A stretch of DNA of 64,000 bases from Halopenitus sp. (GCA_042219525.1 JBDGPU010000017.1:2241-66240); one strand, 5' to 3'; counted from the first letter of the stretch, positions 8,364-18,829 are shown. Notes: a model not told the origin generated them from the letters alone. Numbers and translations: made by a program.

Positions 8364-9563
8364 ATGACTGACGGCACCCTCGCTGCCGACCGTCGCCGAC
8401 TGGCCACGGTAGTCTGGGCGGTGCTGGTCTCACAGGTGCTGATCTATCCGGGCGTCCCCGACCTCATCACTGCCCTCGGCGCATCGACCGACATCCGCGC
8501 CGGCATGTGGTTCCTCGTCGCGGAGTTCGCCGCGTTCGTCACGTTCGCGGGCGTCTGGGGGGCAGCGAGCGACGCGCTTGGAAGGCGTGTTCCGCTCGTC
8601 GTTGCCGGCGCTGTCGGCGGCGCGGCGGCCTATCTCCTCCTGGCCTCGCTGCCGGCGCTTGGAGTCGGGTTCGTCGGCGCCCTCGCCGTTCGCGTCCTCG
8701 GCGGGGCCATGACCATCGGCGCGTTCTCGCTCGGCATGACGATGCTGATGGACCTCGGCGGCGGCCACGGGCGCAACATGGGCGCCGCCGGCATCGCCAT
8801 CGGCCTCGGTGCCGCACTCGGGTCCGTCGTCGGTGGCGCCCTCGCCGACATCGACCCCTTCTATCCCGTGTACGCGGGCGCCGCGATGCTGCTCGGTGCC
8901 GGCCTCCTCGCGGCAACGACGACCGACCGCGTCGTCAAGGGCGACGATTCACCCGGCTTCGCCGAGGTCGGTCGTCGCGTTCGGTCGATGCCGGGGCTGC
9001 TCGTTCCCTACGCGTTCGGCTTTATCGACCGGCTGACGGCCGGGTTCTTCTCACTCGTCGGCGTGTTCTACTTCCGCGACGTATTCGGCCTCGATGCGTT
9101 CGGCGCCGGGCTCACGCTCGCGCTGTTCTTCCTCCCGTTCGCGGTCCTCCAGTACCCGATGGGGATCCTCTCCGACCGAATCGGTCGCTTCTATCCCGTC
9201 GTCGCCGGCTCGCTCGCGTACGGTGTGGTCATTCTCGGGGTCGGGCTCTCGCCGACGTACGCCCTCGCGGCCGGCTTCATGCTACTCGTCGGGGTCTGTG
9301 GCGCGTTGATGGCGCCGGCGACGATGGCGCTGGTGACGGACCTGGTCGCCCCGGCCGAGCGCGGCGCCGCGATGGGGCTGTTCAACGTGTTCGGCTCGCT
9401 CGGGTTCCTCACCGGCTTCCTCGTGGGCGGATTGGCGAGCGAGGCCTTCGACTACGAGGTCGCGTTCCTCCTCGTCGGCGGGCTGGAGATCGGTATCGCG
9501 GTCGCGTTGCTGCCGGCTGTTCGCGTGATCGCGCCGAGGATAGGGTCGCCGTCGGAGCCCTGA
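8364..9563 (+). CDS. MFS transporter
   Basis: 399 aa with about 12 hydrophobic helices and a D.LGRR motif between TM2 and TM3. Confidence 0.8.
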   Translation: MTDGTLAADRRRLATVVWAVLVSQVLIYPGVPDLITALGASTDIRAGMWFLVAEFAAFVTFAGVWGAASDALGRRVPLVVAGAVGGAAAYLLLASLPALGVGFVGALAVRVLGGAMTIGAFSLGMTMLMDLGGGHGRNMGAAGIAIGLGAALGSVVGGALADIDPFYPVYAGAAMLLGAGLLAATTTDRVVKGDDSPGFAEVGRRVRSMPGLLVPYAFGFIDRLTAGFFSLVGVFYFRDVFGLDAFGAGLTLALFFLPFAVLQYPMGILSDRIGRFYPVVAGSLAYGVVILGVGLSPTYALAAGFMLLVGVCGALMAPATMALVTDLVAPAERGAAMGLFNVFGSLGFLTGFLVGGLASEAFDYEVAFLLVGGLEIGIAVALLPAVRVIAPRIGSPSEP

Positions 9564-9587
9564 GCGGACCCTTGTAAGATCAAGCCG

Positions 9588-11051
9588 TCACGGGGCCACG
9601 AGGTCGACGAGGACCTCGTCGTCGACGACGACGTTGTAGGCCTCCTCGTCGTCGTTCCACAGGACGAGCGCGTTCTCGAAGTAGAGCACCGACCCGTAGT
9701 CGGCCGCCAGCAAGTCACGGTTGAGGCTCGTTTCGCGAGTGCTGACGGCGTAGTGCTCGACCGACTCGGAACCATCGCCGATCTTGAACAGGGGGTTCCC
9801 GCCGTCGGCGAGGTCGTGGCTCAGCTTCACCGCCAGCAGGTTGATGCGGTCCGTGACGTGCTCGTCCGAGTCGGCCATGCGAGCCTGTCGCTCCGAGTCG
9901 GCGTGCACGTCGACCCGACGCTCGCCGTCGGTCCGGAGGATCGCGTACGCGTACTGGACGTCGACGTTGCGGAACTCGCCGAGGTCCTCCTCGTCGGCCC
10001 GCGTGGCCGCCTCGTCGAGGCGGTGCTGGAAGGCCGGGACGTCGAGGTCGGGCTTCACGTCGAAGCTCCAGCCGCGATCCGAGGGTGCGGCGTCCGGCCA
10101 GAGCCGGAGCGTGGGCGAGTACACCGTCACGTCGCCATCAGGTGGAGCGACCTCCCGTTCGATCTCACGGAGCCCGGTTGCCGTATTGAGGTCGGCGGGC
10201 GCGAGGCCGACCACGGTGCCGTCGTCCGCGAGCGCGTCGATGCCGGCCTCGACGACGGGAACCGGTTCCTCGATCTCCGAGAGCACGTTGCCGAACAGCA
10301 CGAGGTCGAAGGGCTCGTCATCGAATTCGGGTTCAGAATCGGCTGCGGCGCTGGAGTCGCCACCGTCGAGTCCGAAGAACGACTGGGCCGTCTCCCGGTG
10401 AATCGTCTCGTGGAAGTTGCGCCCGGTTTCGTCGAGGAGCTGGGTGAGCACGTCGGCCGCGGCGCTCGGTTCGACCGCGTGATAGTCGACGACGGCGTCG
10501 TCGGGGAGGTAGTCGTGGAGCCCCAGCGCCGGCCCGCCGGTGCCCGCGCCAACGTCGAGGACCCGGATCGTGCGGTCGAGGAGGGCGTTCTCGGTGAGGT
10601 CGTCGAGGACGTAGCCGATGGCGGCGTAGTAGTCGGGGAGGTGGTAGATCGCGTAACCGAGGGCGGCCTCGTGGTCGTACGCGACCTCATTCTCGTAGTA
10701 GTAGTCCTCCTTCAGCTTCCGGATCGCCTCGCGGAGACGGTCGCCGGAGTCACCGCGGTGCCAGTTGGCGCCGTACTCCTCGACGAGGAGGTTCTCCAGC
10801 GCGATGCTGTACGGCTCGGGAAACTCGCGGGGCTGCCAGCCGGGCTGGGGGACCGGCTCGTCCTCGACGGGGACGAAGGTGCCCTCGTCGGTCTCCCGGA
10901 GTGCGAGGTCGTACGCCTCCTCTCGGAGGGTTTGGCGGACGACGGCGGGGTGCGCGCCGCCCGGAATGTATTCGGCGATCTCCTCGGGGTCGATCGGGCG
11001 GACGTTACGGAGGTACTTGGCGTTGTTACGGACGGCGTCTCTGTCTATCAT
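9588..11051 (-). CDS. class I SAM-dependent methyltransferase, Rsm22-like
   Basis: 487 aa with motif I VLDVGAGTGGPALGL. The architecture resembles COG5459/Rsm22 family proteins of Halobacteria. Confidence 0.65.
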   Translation of the reverse strand: MIDRDAVRNNAKYLRNVRPIDPEEIAEYIPGGAHPAVVRQTLREEAYDLALRETDEGTFVPVEDEPVPQPGWQPREFPEPYSIALENLLVEEYGANWHRGDSGDRLREAIRKLKEDYYYENEVAYDHEAALGYAIYHLPDYYAAIGYVLDDLTENALLDRTIRVLDVGAGTGGPALGLHDYLPDDAVVDYHAVEPSAAADVLTQLLDETGRNFHETIHRETAQSFFGLDGGDSSAAADSEPEFDDEPFDLVLFGNVLSEIEEPVPVVEAGIDALADDGTVVGLAPADLNTATGLREIEREVAPPDGDVTVYSPTLRLWPDAAPSDRGWSFDVKPDLDVPAFQHRLDEAATRADEEDLGEFRNVDVQYAYAILRTDGERRVDVHADSERQARMADSDEHVTDRINLLAVKLSHDLADGGNPLFKIGDGSESVEHYAVSTRETSLNRDLLAADYGSVLYFENALVLWNDDEEAYNVVVDDEVLVDLVAP

Positions 11052-11089
11052 GGTGAAAGGCGGCGGTGCTGGGTGATCTGCTCGGTCTC

Positions 11090-11851
11090 TCAGTCGTGAC
11101 GGTCGCGCTCGACGCCCTCGCGGCGGGCCTGCTCGTAGAGGGCCTCGAACTCCTCGGGGTCGGCGTCGGCGATGTCCCGGGCCGCCTCGGCGACGTCGTC
11201 GGCGCCCTCGAAGGCACGCTGAATCTCCGCGTACACCGCGGGCGACCCCTCGGTGACGGTGTCGGCGAGGTCGTCGAGCGCCGAGGAGACGGGCGTATGG
11301 AACTCCTCGCGCACGTCCTCGCCCGCGAGGCGCCAGGCAATGATGGCCGCGTGCGCGCCCGCCTGCACGGTCTCCATTGCGTCGTCGTGCTCTGCGGCCG
11401 TGGTCTCGAACACGTCGTTGCCTTGGCGCTCGACGTCCTCACAGATGGCGTCGACGACCGGTCCACCGTCGTCGACGACGACGGCGACGTTGCCGGGAAC
11501 CCGCGGGGGCGCGAACAACGGATGGAAACTGGCGCGCTGGCAGTCGGGGCAGTGCTCCCGCATCGCCGCGATGGGGGTCGCCATCTCGCCGGAGACGTCG
11601 ACCATCGCTTCGCTCGCGTTGTCGGCGTACTCCGCGACGGCGTCGGCGACGGCCGACATCGGGACGGCCAGGCAGACCGCGTCGAAGGTCTCCGTCGTGT
11701 CCGTCGGGACTGCGCGGGCGTCGTCGGCCGCGGCAGTCGCTGCGGCGTCGCGTGCGACGGTCTCGTCGCGGTCGGTGAACGCGACGTCGGCCTCGACGGT
11801 GTCGGCGATCCAGCGGCCGATCTCCCCGGCGCCGACGACGAGCAACTCCAT
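11090..11851 (-). CDS. tyrA: prephenate dehydrogenase
   Basis: N-terminal Rossmann VVGAGEIG, then D..S.K...........F...HP.F motifs. ATG at 11851; an alternative GTG lies at 11857. Confidence 0.8.
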   Translation of the reverse strand: MELLVVGAGEIGRWIADTVEADVAFTDRDETVARDAAATAAADDARAVPTDTTETFDAVCLAVPMSAVADAVAEYADNASEAMVDVSGEMATPIAAMREHCPDCQRASFHPLFAPPRVPGNVAVVVDDGGPVVDAICEDVERQGNDVFETTAAEHDDAMETVQAGAHAAIIAWRLAGEDVREEFHTPVSSALDDLADTVTEGSPAVYAEIQRAFEGADDVAEAARDIADADPEEFEALYEQARREGVERDRHD

Positions 11852-11935
11852 TCTCACCTCGACGTTGTGCAGCCCGGACTTAAAGGAGTTCGACTCCGGA
11901 GCAGCGAGGAAAGCGGCGGCGACAGTCGCGCGTGC

Positions 11936-13078
11936 TCAGTCCAGCAGCTGCTGCCCGATCGTGTTCCGGAGCACCTCGGAGGTGCCCTCGTAGATCTCGT
12001 TGAGCTTGGCGTCCCGGTAGTAGCGCTCGACCGGGAAGTCCTTCGTGTAGCCGTAGCCGCCGTGGACCTGAATCGCCTCGTTGGCGACCTCGCGGGAGAT
12101 CTCCGAGGCGTACAGCTTCGCCTGCGCCGCCTCCTTGATGAAGTCCTCGCCGCGCATCTTCCGGTCGGCGGCCTTGTGCATCAGCAGCTCCGCGGCCTGG
12201 AGCTTCGTGTCCATGTCGGCGAGCTTGTGCTGGATCGACTGGAACTCGCCGATCGGCTGGTCGAACTGCTCGCGGTCGCCCGCGTACTCGACGGCGTCCT
12301 CGAGCGCCGCGCGCGCGATCCCAACTGAGCGAGCCGCGATGGTGATCCGGCCGCCGTTGAGCGTCTTCAGCGCCTGCACGAAGCCGTCACCCTCCTCGCC
12401 GAGGAGGCGGTCCTCGGGGATCCGCATGTCGTCGAAGCGGAGCTCGGCCGTCGGACAGCCCTTGTCGCCGAGCTTGTCCTCCGTGCCCTCGACGATGAAA
12501 CCGTCGTCCTCCTCGGGGCGGACGACGAACGCCGAGATCCCGTCGCGCCCGGCGTCGGGGTCGGTCTTCGCGAACAGCGTGACCGTGTCCGCGACGGAGC
12601 CGTTCGAGATCCAGAGCTTCCCGCCGTCGACGACGTACTCGTCGCCGTCCTTCTCGGCGCGCGTTTTCATCGACGGCACGTCGCTGCCGGCCTCCGCCTC
12701 GGAGAGCGCGAACGCCCCGATGTCCTCGCCGGTGTTTAGCGGCGTGAGGAACGCCTCCTTCTGAGCCTCGTCGCCGAACTCGTAGACCATGTTGCCCGCG
12801 AGGGAGGTGTGGGCGGCGACGACGGTGCCGAGCCCGCCCGAGCCACGGGCGATCTCCGAGAGGCCGATGGCGTAGGCGTGATAATCGAGGCCGGCGCCGC
12901 CGTACTCGGCCGGGAACGGCATGCCCATCAGCCCGAGTTCGCTCATCTCGTCGATGAGGTCGGCGGGGAACTCGTCCGTTTTGTCGATCTCGGCGGCCCG
13001 CGGCTTGACCTCCTCGTCGACGAACTCCGCGACGGTGTCGCGGATCTGCTTCTGCTCCGGAGAGAGCGTGAAGTCCAT
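11936..13078 (-). CDS. acyl-CoA dehydrogenase
   Basis: 380 aa with LSE..AGSD, WISNG, QIHGGYGY and YEGTSE motifs. Confidence 0.9.
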   Translation of the reverse strand: MDFTLSPEQKQIRDTVAEFVDEEVKPRAAEIDKTDEFPADLIDEMSELGLMGMPFPAEYGGAGLDYHAYAIGLSEIARGSGGLGTVVAAHTSLAGNMVYEFGDEAQKEAFLTPLNTGEDIGAFALSEAEAGSDVPSMKTRAEKDGDEYVVDGGKLWISNGSVADTVTLFAKTDPDAGRDGISAFVVRPEEDDGFIVEGTEDKLGDKGCPTAELRFDDMRIPEDRLLGEEGDGFVQALKTLNGGRITIAARSVGIARAALEDAVEYAGDREQFDQPIGEFQSIQHKLADMDTKLQAAELLMHKAADRKMRGEDFIKEAAQAKLYASEISREVANEAIQVHGGYGYTKDFPVERYYRDAKLNEIYEGTSEVLRNTIGQQLLD

Positions 13079-13319
13079 ACTTGCCAGTTCGGCGGGCCGT
13101 CCTTAGACGTTTCTACACGAACGTCCATCCGGGAAATCTCGGTTGGCGACGATAGCGCGACGAGCCAGCGGAGAAACCGAGTTAACCCTTCACACGAATC
13201 GGCGGGAAGCGAGCTAATCGACGGAGGGAGCTGCGCCGCCGCCGGCGACCCACCGGGTTCCGTGGCCTTCGCGCCCACGAGACTTTTTTATGCCGTCTGC
13301 GCGTAAACGATATATCTGA

Positions 13320-14387
13320 ATGAGCGGACGCGACCACTCTCCCGGTGAACCTGACCTCGCGTGGTGCAACGAGGCGGTGCAGGGCGTTTCACGCACCTTC
13401 GCGCTGACCGTCGACGTGCTGGAGGAACCGATGTCGACCCAGATCTGTCTCGGGTATCTCCTCTGCCGCGTCGCGGACACCGTCGAGGACGCCGCCCACA
13501 TCCCCCCCGCGGAGCAGGCCGAATTGCTACGCACGTACGACGCCGTCCTCGACGAGGACGACGACACGACCATCACCGAGTTCCGGACCGCCGTCGACGA
13601 ATGGGTCCCGGCCGAAAGCGAGCGCTCGGACGACTGGACGGTCGTCGCCGAGGCGCCGACCATCCTCGCGACGTTCGAGGAGCTGCCGGCGCACGTCCAG
13701 ACCGCCATCGTCCCGCCGGTCCGGGAGATGATCGACGGGATGGCGATGTTCGTCGAGCGGCACGCCGACGCCGGCGGGCTCCGGATCGACGACCGCGCCG
13801 AACTCGAGCAGTACTGCCACTACGCAGCCGGGACGGTCGGCAACCTCATCACGAACCTGCTGACCCGCGGTGACGTCGCCGAGGAGCGTGTGAACCGCCT
13901 CTACGACACCGCCGAGGAGTTCGGCCTGCTGCTCCAGCTCGTCAACGTCTCGAAGGACGTCTACGACGACTACACGGAGGAAAACAACGTCTACATACCA
14001 GCCGAATGGCTCGAGGCCGAGGGCGTCGCTCAGGAGGACGTCATCGAACCGGACAACCGGGAGGAGTCCGCTCGTGCCGTCGACCGCACCGCCGATCACG
14101 CGCGGTCGTTCCTCGACGACGCGCAAGCGTACCTCGAGACGATGCCGATGCGCCACGGCAACACGATGGCGGCCTGGAGCGTGCCGTTCCTGCTGGCCGT
14201 GGGCACCCTCCGCGAGCTCGGTCACCGCCCCGAGGACGCGCTCTCGGAAACCGGCGTGAAGGTGTCCCGGCAGGAGGTGTTCGCGGTGATGGACGTCGCC
14301 AGCGACGCCGGCCGCGAATCGCTCGCGGACCTCCGGGAGACTATCGCCAGCAAGCCATTCCACCGCGCCGCCGGCTTCGCGGACTGA
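13320..14387 (+). CDS. squalene/phytoene synthase family protein
   Basis: 355 aa with SRTFAL, YL.CR.ADT.ED (first Asp-rich region) and a later D.YDD region. A T-rich TATA-like run at 13285-13291 lies about 30 nt upstream of the ATG. Confidence 0.8.
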   Translation: MSGRDHSPGEPDLAWCNEAVQGVSRTFALTVDVLEEPMSTQICLGYLLCRVADTVEDAAHIPPAEQAELLRTYDAVLDEDDDTTITEFRTAVDEWVPAESERSDDWTVVAEAPTILATFEELPAHVQTAIVPPVREMIDGMAMFVERHADAGGLRIDDRAELEQYCHYAAGTVGNLITNLLTRGDVAEERVNRLYDTAEEFGLLLQLVNVSKDVYDDYTEENNVYIPAEWLEAEGVAQEDVIEPDNREESARAVDRTADHARSFLDDAQAYLETMPMRHGNTMAAWSVPFLLAVGTLRELGHRPEDALSETGVKVSRQEVFAVMDVASDAGRESLADLRETIASKPFHRAAGFAD

Positions 14388-14476
14388 GGCGACCGTTCGA
14401 ACGAACCACGACAGCGCCGCCCGCGTTCCGGAATCGGATCCACGTTCTTTTAACGACGCCGTGGGAAACGCAACAC

Positions 14477-14701
14477 ATGAGTTTTGAGAAGGAAGACAAG
14501 GTCGTTCTGCACGACAAGCACAGTGAGTACGACGGCGACGTCGGCACGGTCACGCAGGTAATGGAGACGATGTTCGGCGAGGACACGTACATCGTCAGCT
14601 TCGAGGACGGCCAGGAGGCCGGCGTCGACGCCGATTCGCTCGAAGCCGCCGAGGAAGCCGACGTCGAGGTCGACGAAGACGCCGACGAGGACGCGGAATA
14701 A
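14477..14701 (+). CDS. small acidic hypothetical protein (SH3/KOW-like N-terminal half, poly-acidic tail)
   Basis: ATG at 14477 in the frame of track ORF 14006..14701. Strong GC3 and acidic composition only begin at this ATG. Confidence 0.5.
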   Translation: MSFEKEDKVVLHDKHSEYDGDVGTVTQVMETMFGEDTYIVSFEDGQEAGVDADSLEAAEEADVEVDEDADEDAE

Positions 14702-14720
14702 CCCCGATCTGAGCGCCTCC

Positions 14721-15188
14721 ATGTCTCGAGTCCCACTCCACTACATCGACCTGCGGACGTTCTCGTACGCGACGGAGGACGACAAGCGCGTCGAGGAGGC
14801 GCTCCGCACTTTCCTCCCCGAAGACTTCGAGTTAAGCCGTACGGAGAACGTCGGCCACCACGGCGACCGGATCGTCGTGTTCTCGGCCCGCGTCGAAAAC
14901 GCCGACGACATGCGACACGTCCTCGATAGACTCGGCGACATCGAGGAAGTCGACCGAGTCATCCGCGAGATGGACGAGCGCGTCGACGAGAACACCTCGC
15001 TGTTCCTCCGGCTGGACAAGCAGGCCGCGTTCAACAGCCTCGTCCGGCTCGGCCAGGGAATCACCCTCCGTGGCAAAGTCGAGGCCTACCCCGCGAAGAA
15101 GGAAGCCGCCGTCGAGAACGCGCGCGAGCTGCTGGCGGACGCGGCCGACGTCGACCTCGAATCGCTGGAGATCGACGACGAGGACTAG
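14721..15188 (+). CDS. RNA-binding protein (COG1931/DUF54-like)
   Basis: 155 aa. The N-terminus, LHYIDLRTFSYATEDDKRVEEAL, is typical of this archaeal family. Confidence 0.6.
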   Translation: MSRVPLHYIDLRTFSYATEDDKRVEEALRTFLPEDFELSRTENVGHHGDRIVVFSARVENADDMRHVLDRLGDIEEVDRVIREMDERVDENTSLFLRLDKQAAFNSLVRLGQGITLRGKVEAYPAKKEAAVENARELLADAADVDLESLEIDDED

Positions 15189-15217
15189 GCCCGCCGGCCG
15201 AAATCGACGTTAGCTTC

Positions 15218-15772
15218 TCACGTCCACTTGATCGAGCAGCCACGCGAGGGCCGATCGGGGAGATCGACCGTCTCGCCGGCAAGCACGGCATCCACGGCGT
15301 CGCGGATGTAGTACTCGGACGGCTCCTCGTCCGGCCCGAGCGCGTCGTCGAGCCGACCGTGGTAGCGCAGCACCCAGTCGTCGTCCACGCGACCGAAGAG
15401 GAACGGGTCGGGGGTACAGACGGCGCCGTACGCCTGCGCGACGTCCTGGGACTCGTCGCGGAGATACGCGTCGTAGTCGACGGTTCCCGCGTCGACGTAC
15501 TCCTGCATCTTCTCGAAGGAGTCCTCCGGATACTCCGTCGCGTCGTTCGGGTTGATCCCGACGACGGCGAGGTCGTCGTACTCGTCGGCCAGCTCGTTGA
15601 GCAGGTCGAACTTCGCCTGCGCGTACGGGCAGTGGTTACAGGTGAAGACGACCAGCAACGCGCCGGCGTCGAACGAGTCGAGCGTGAACGTCTCCCCCTC
15701 GACGCCTGGAAGTTCAAAGTCGGGAGCCGCGTCGCCGCGTTCGAGTTCGGAATCGGATTCCTTCAGGACCAT
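15218..15772 (-). CDS. thioredoxin-fold redoxin / thiol-disulfide oxidoreductase
   Basis: APDFELP...VVFTCNHCPY (CxxC-type) motif. ATG at 15772 within track ORF 15218..15928. Confidence 0.8.
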   Translation of the reverse strand: MVLKESDSELERGDAAPDFELPGVEGETFTLDSFDAGALLVVFTCNHCPYAQAKFDLLNELADEYDDLAVVGINPNDATEYPEDSFEKMQEYVDAGTVDYDAYLRDESQDVAQAYGAVCTPDPFLFGRVDDDWVLRYHGRLDDALGPDEEPSEYYIRDAVDAVLAGETVDLPDRPSRGCSIKWT

Positions 15773-15946
15773 GTGTGGGGTTACTCGCGGGCGCCCGTAA
15801 AGGGCGCGACGGCTCCGCGCGACGACTATTGTCGCTGTCGTAGTTGACGTTGCCATGCGTCGCTGCCGACGACCGCGACGCGAACCCTCGTCGACCAGCG
15901 CTGCCGCTACCGACGGCTCGGTGGGCACCGCTCTCGTTTCGCCCGA

Positions 15947-16417
15947 TCAGGTGGGCGTCCGCGCGACAGCCACCAGCGTCGCAACGGCGACCCCGACGAC
16001 CGCGAATCCGCCGGCGGCGACGGCGACGTACCGCGCTCGCCTCGCGGTCGTCGCCAGCGCGGAGTCGATCCTTCGGAGCAGCGCGCCGTCGCGGGGTCCG
16101 AGCGCGAGCACGTCGACGCCGGCAGCGAGCTGCACGCCGGTTTCGGCGACGAGCGCCAGAGTAACGAGAACGAAGCAGACGAACGCCATCGCCTTCCAGC
16201 GTTCGTGGGTCACGTCCCGGTTCTGCCGTGGCTCGAAGCCGGCGGGCTCACGGCTGTGGTCGCGAGGTAGCTCCTCGTCGCAAGGGCTGTTAGCGGCCGG
16301 CGGATGCCGGGCTCGGTGGGGACGAACTCTCGAGACTCCGAGCGTCGTATTGTCGGTAGGTACTCTTGGCGAACGACCCCCTCCATCGGTGTGATCGACG
16401 CCGTCGTGGTCGGTCAT
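15947..16417 (-). CDS. hypothetical small membrane protein (possibly starting at the internal ATG 16189)
   Basis: The C-terminal 80 aa contain two hydrophobic helices with good GC3. The N-terminal part has weaker coding character. Confidence 0.3.
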   Translation of the reverse strand: MTDHDGVDHTDGGGRSPRVPTDNTTLGVSRVRPHRARHPPAANSPCDEELPRDHSREPAGFEPRQNRDVTHERWKAMAFVCFVLVTLALVAETGVQLAAGVDVLALGPRDGALLRRIDSALATTARRARYVAVAAGGFAVVGVAVATLVAVARTPT

Positions 16418-16601
16418 AGTAGGCCGCGTTCGTCCCGGTCTGGGTGATAAACCTACGGGAGGGCCCAGACGGCGGGGTCACTGACGGACGTTGCGCTGGG
16501 ATACTGTGGCGCAGTGGCTCGGCTCGTCGACTCGGAATTTTTAATGGCGTCGTCCGGGCAGTAATCTGCAGTAAGGCCCCAGGTGGGTCCGGAGAAATAC
16601 T

Positions 16602-18137
16602 ATGGCTACGGACGAAACGTCACAGTCGGGAGCGACGGTCGAAAGCGGCCGCACGGGGGAGCGCGAGGCCGCCTCGTTCGTCGAGTATGGTATCGAAGAC
16701 AAACCGCCACTTGGCGAGTCGGTGTTCCTGGGGATCCAGCACTACCTGACGATGGTCGGGGCGAACATCGCCGTCCCGCTGGTGCTGCTGGGGGCCATGG
16801 ACGCGACGGCGACGCAGTCGGCGACACTCGTCGGCACGTTCTTCGTCGTCTCCGGGATCGCGACGCTGCTGCAGACGACGGTCGGGAACCGGTATCCCCT
16901 CGTCCAGGGAGCTTCTTTCGCCTTGCTGGCGCCCGCGCTCGCGATCATCGCCGCCGTCGGCGGCGACTTCGAGATCGCGATCCGACAGCTCCAGGGCGCG
17001 ATCATCGTCGCAGCGCTGGTCCAGGTCGTCATCGGCTACGTCGGCCTGATGGGGCGGCTGAAGCGGTACCTCTCGCCGGTCGTCGTGGCGCCGGTGATCG
17101 TACTCATCGGGCTCTCGCTGTTCGACGTGCCACAGATCACGTCGACGAACCAGAACTGGTGGCTGCTCGGGCTGACGCTCGTGCTCATCGTCGGCTTCTC
17201 GCATTACCTCGAGCAGTACAGTCGCTACGCGCGGCTGTTCCCGGTCCTGCTCGGGGTCGTCACCGCCTACGTCGTCGCGGCCGTGCTCTCGGTGACGGGC
17301 GTGTACGGGCCGGAGACGGTCGGTTACGTCAACCTGGCCGCGCCGTTCGACGCGCCGACGCTGCTCGCGATCCACCCGCTCCAGTGGGGGATGCCGCTGT
17401 TCACCGGCTCGTTCATCGTCGGGATGTTCGCCGGCATCGTCGCCTCGATCATCGAGAGCTACGGCGACTACTTCGCCGTCGCCCGCCTGGCCGGCGTCGG
17501 CGCACCCTCGAAGAAGCGCATCAACCACGGCATCGGCATGGAGGGCGTCGGGAACGTCTTCGCGGGCCTGATGGGCACCGGCAACGGCTGTACCTCATAC
17601 TCCGAGAACATCGGCGCCATCGGGATCACCGGCGTCGCGTCGCGATGGGTCGTCCAGATTGGCGCCCTCGTGATGATCGTCGTCGGCTTCATCGGGCCGT
17701 TCGGCCAGTTCGTCGCGACGATCCCCTCACCCATCGTCGGCGGGCTCTTCATCGCGATGTTCGGCCAGATCGCGGCCGTCGGCATCTCGAATCTGAAGTA
17801 CGTCGACCTCGACTCCCAGCGCAACGTGTTCACCATCGGCCTCGCGCTCTTCGCGGGCCTCGCGATCCCGGCCTACTTCGGCGGGCTGGAGGGGGCTGCC
17901 GCCTTCCGCGAGGGCATGTGGAGCGTCGCCGTGCTTGGCCCAATCCTCGGCCGCCGGATCGTCGCCGACACGATCTTCGTCATCGGCTCGACCGGCATGG
18001 CCGTCGGCGGGATCATCGCGCTCGTCCTCGACAACACGATTCCGGGAACCCGCGAGGAGCGCGGCCTCGACCAGTGGGAGAAGATCTCCGAGGCCGAACC
18101 CGAGTTCGAGACGGCCTTCGAGCGCCTCCGGAAGTAG
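16602..18137 (+). CDS. NCS2-family nucleobase (xanthine/uracil) permease
   Basis: 511 aa, polytopic, with QHYL.M....I.VP and SYSEN.G motifs characteristic of NCS2/SLC23. Confidence 0.9.
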   Translation: MATDETSQSGATVESGRTGEREAASFVEYGIEDKPPLGESVFLGIQHYLTMVGANIAVPLVLLGAMDATATQSATLVGTFFVVSGIATLLQTTVGNRYPLVQGASFALLAPALAIIAAVGGDFEIAIRQLQGAIIVAALVQVVIGYVGLMGRLKRYLSPVVVAPVIVLIGLSLFDVPQITSTNQNWWLLGLTLVLIVGFSHYLEQYSRYARLFPVLLGVVTAYVVAAVLSVTGVYGPETVGYVNLAAPFDAPTLLAIHPLQWGMPLFTGSFIVGMFAGIVASIIESYGDYFAVARLAGVGAPSKKRINHGIGMEGVGNVFAGLMGTGNGCTSYSENIGAIGITGVASRWVVQIGALVMIVVGFIGPFGQFVATIPSPIVGGLFIAMFGQIAAVGISNLKYVDLDSQRNVFTIGLALFAGLAIPAYFGGLEGAAAFREGMWSVAVLGPILGRRIVADTIFVIGSTGMAVGGIIALVLDNTIPGTREERGLDQWEKISEAEPEFETAFERLRK

Positions 18138-18221
18138 GCCGGTCGGAGCCTCGCGAAGCGGAACGATCGACGTCGCGGGCGGTCGCGGTTCTTTTTACGC
18201 CCGTCTGGCAAACAACACTCA

Positions 18222-18829
18222 ATGGTGGATCCGATCGGCCCCGACGTCGACATCGAGGTCGGCGCCGACGCCGACACCGAGACGGTTCGCTACAGCGGCT
18301 ACGACCGGCTGGATGGGTCCATCGTCGTCACCAACAAGCGACTCCTCGTCGGTCCTGGCGCTGAGGGGCTGGTCGGCGAGAGCGCTCGCGAAGCCGTCGC
18401 TGGCGACGACGCAGGTGACAACAAGCACGGCGCCGGCGACGACGCAGGTGACAACAAGCACGGCGCCGGCGACGACGCACGGGCCGACGACCCCGACGTC
18501 GTCGCGGTCCCGCTCGAATCGATTCCGAACTGACAGGCGCACGCATCGACTGGTTCCAGCTCCTGATGGGACTTGCCATCGTCGGCTTCGGTGTGCTCTC
18601 GGTGGAGCGAACCCTGCTCGGCGGGCTCGCGTTCGTGGTAGCGGGCTTCGCCAGCCTGGCCCGGACCTGGCGGCGTCGCGGGCGCGTGCGCATTCACACG
18701 CACTCGCGACCGAAACCGATCGACACCTACCCGGTTCACCAGGAGGCGTTCCTTGACGCGATCGACGAGGTGCTGACACCCATCCGAAGGAAACGCCCGC
18801 CCGAGAGCGATTCGGTCGGCTGGCCGTGA
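18222..18829 (+). pseudogene. membrane protein split by an apparent frameshift near 18500-18535 (track ORFs 18222..18533 and 18566..18829)
   Basis: The first ORF ends ...VVAVPLESIPN*. The +2 frame is open from about 18490 and reads ...LTGARIDWFQLLMGLAIVGFGVLS... through the second ORF, giving one sensible protein if joined. Confidence 0.4.
18402..18479 (+). repeat. 33-nt in-frame tandem repeat, about 2.4 copies (encodes GDDAGDNKHGA)
   Basis: ggcgacgacgcaggtgacaacaagcacggcgcc at 18402-18434 is repeated exactly at 18435-18467, with a partial third copy. Confidence 0.85.

Noticed and set aside
16418-16601. A possible purine-type riboswitch or structured leader upstream of the NCS2 nucleobase permease.
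   Set aside because: I could not recognise a conserved riboswitch core, and such riboswitches are not established in Halobacteria. Only a TATA-like tttttaat (about 16529-16536) is evident.
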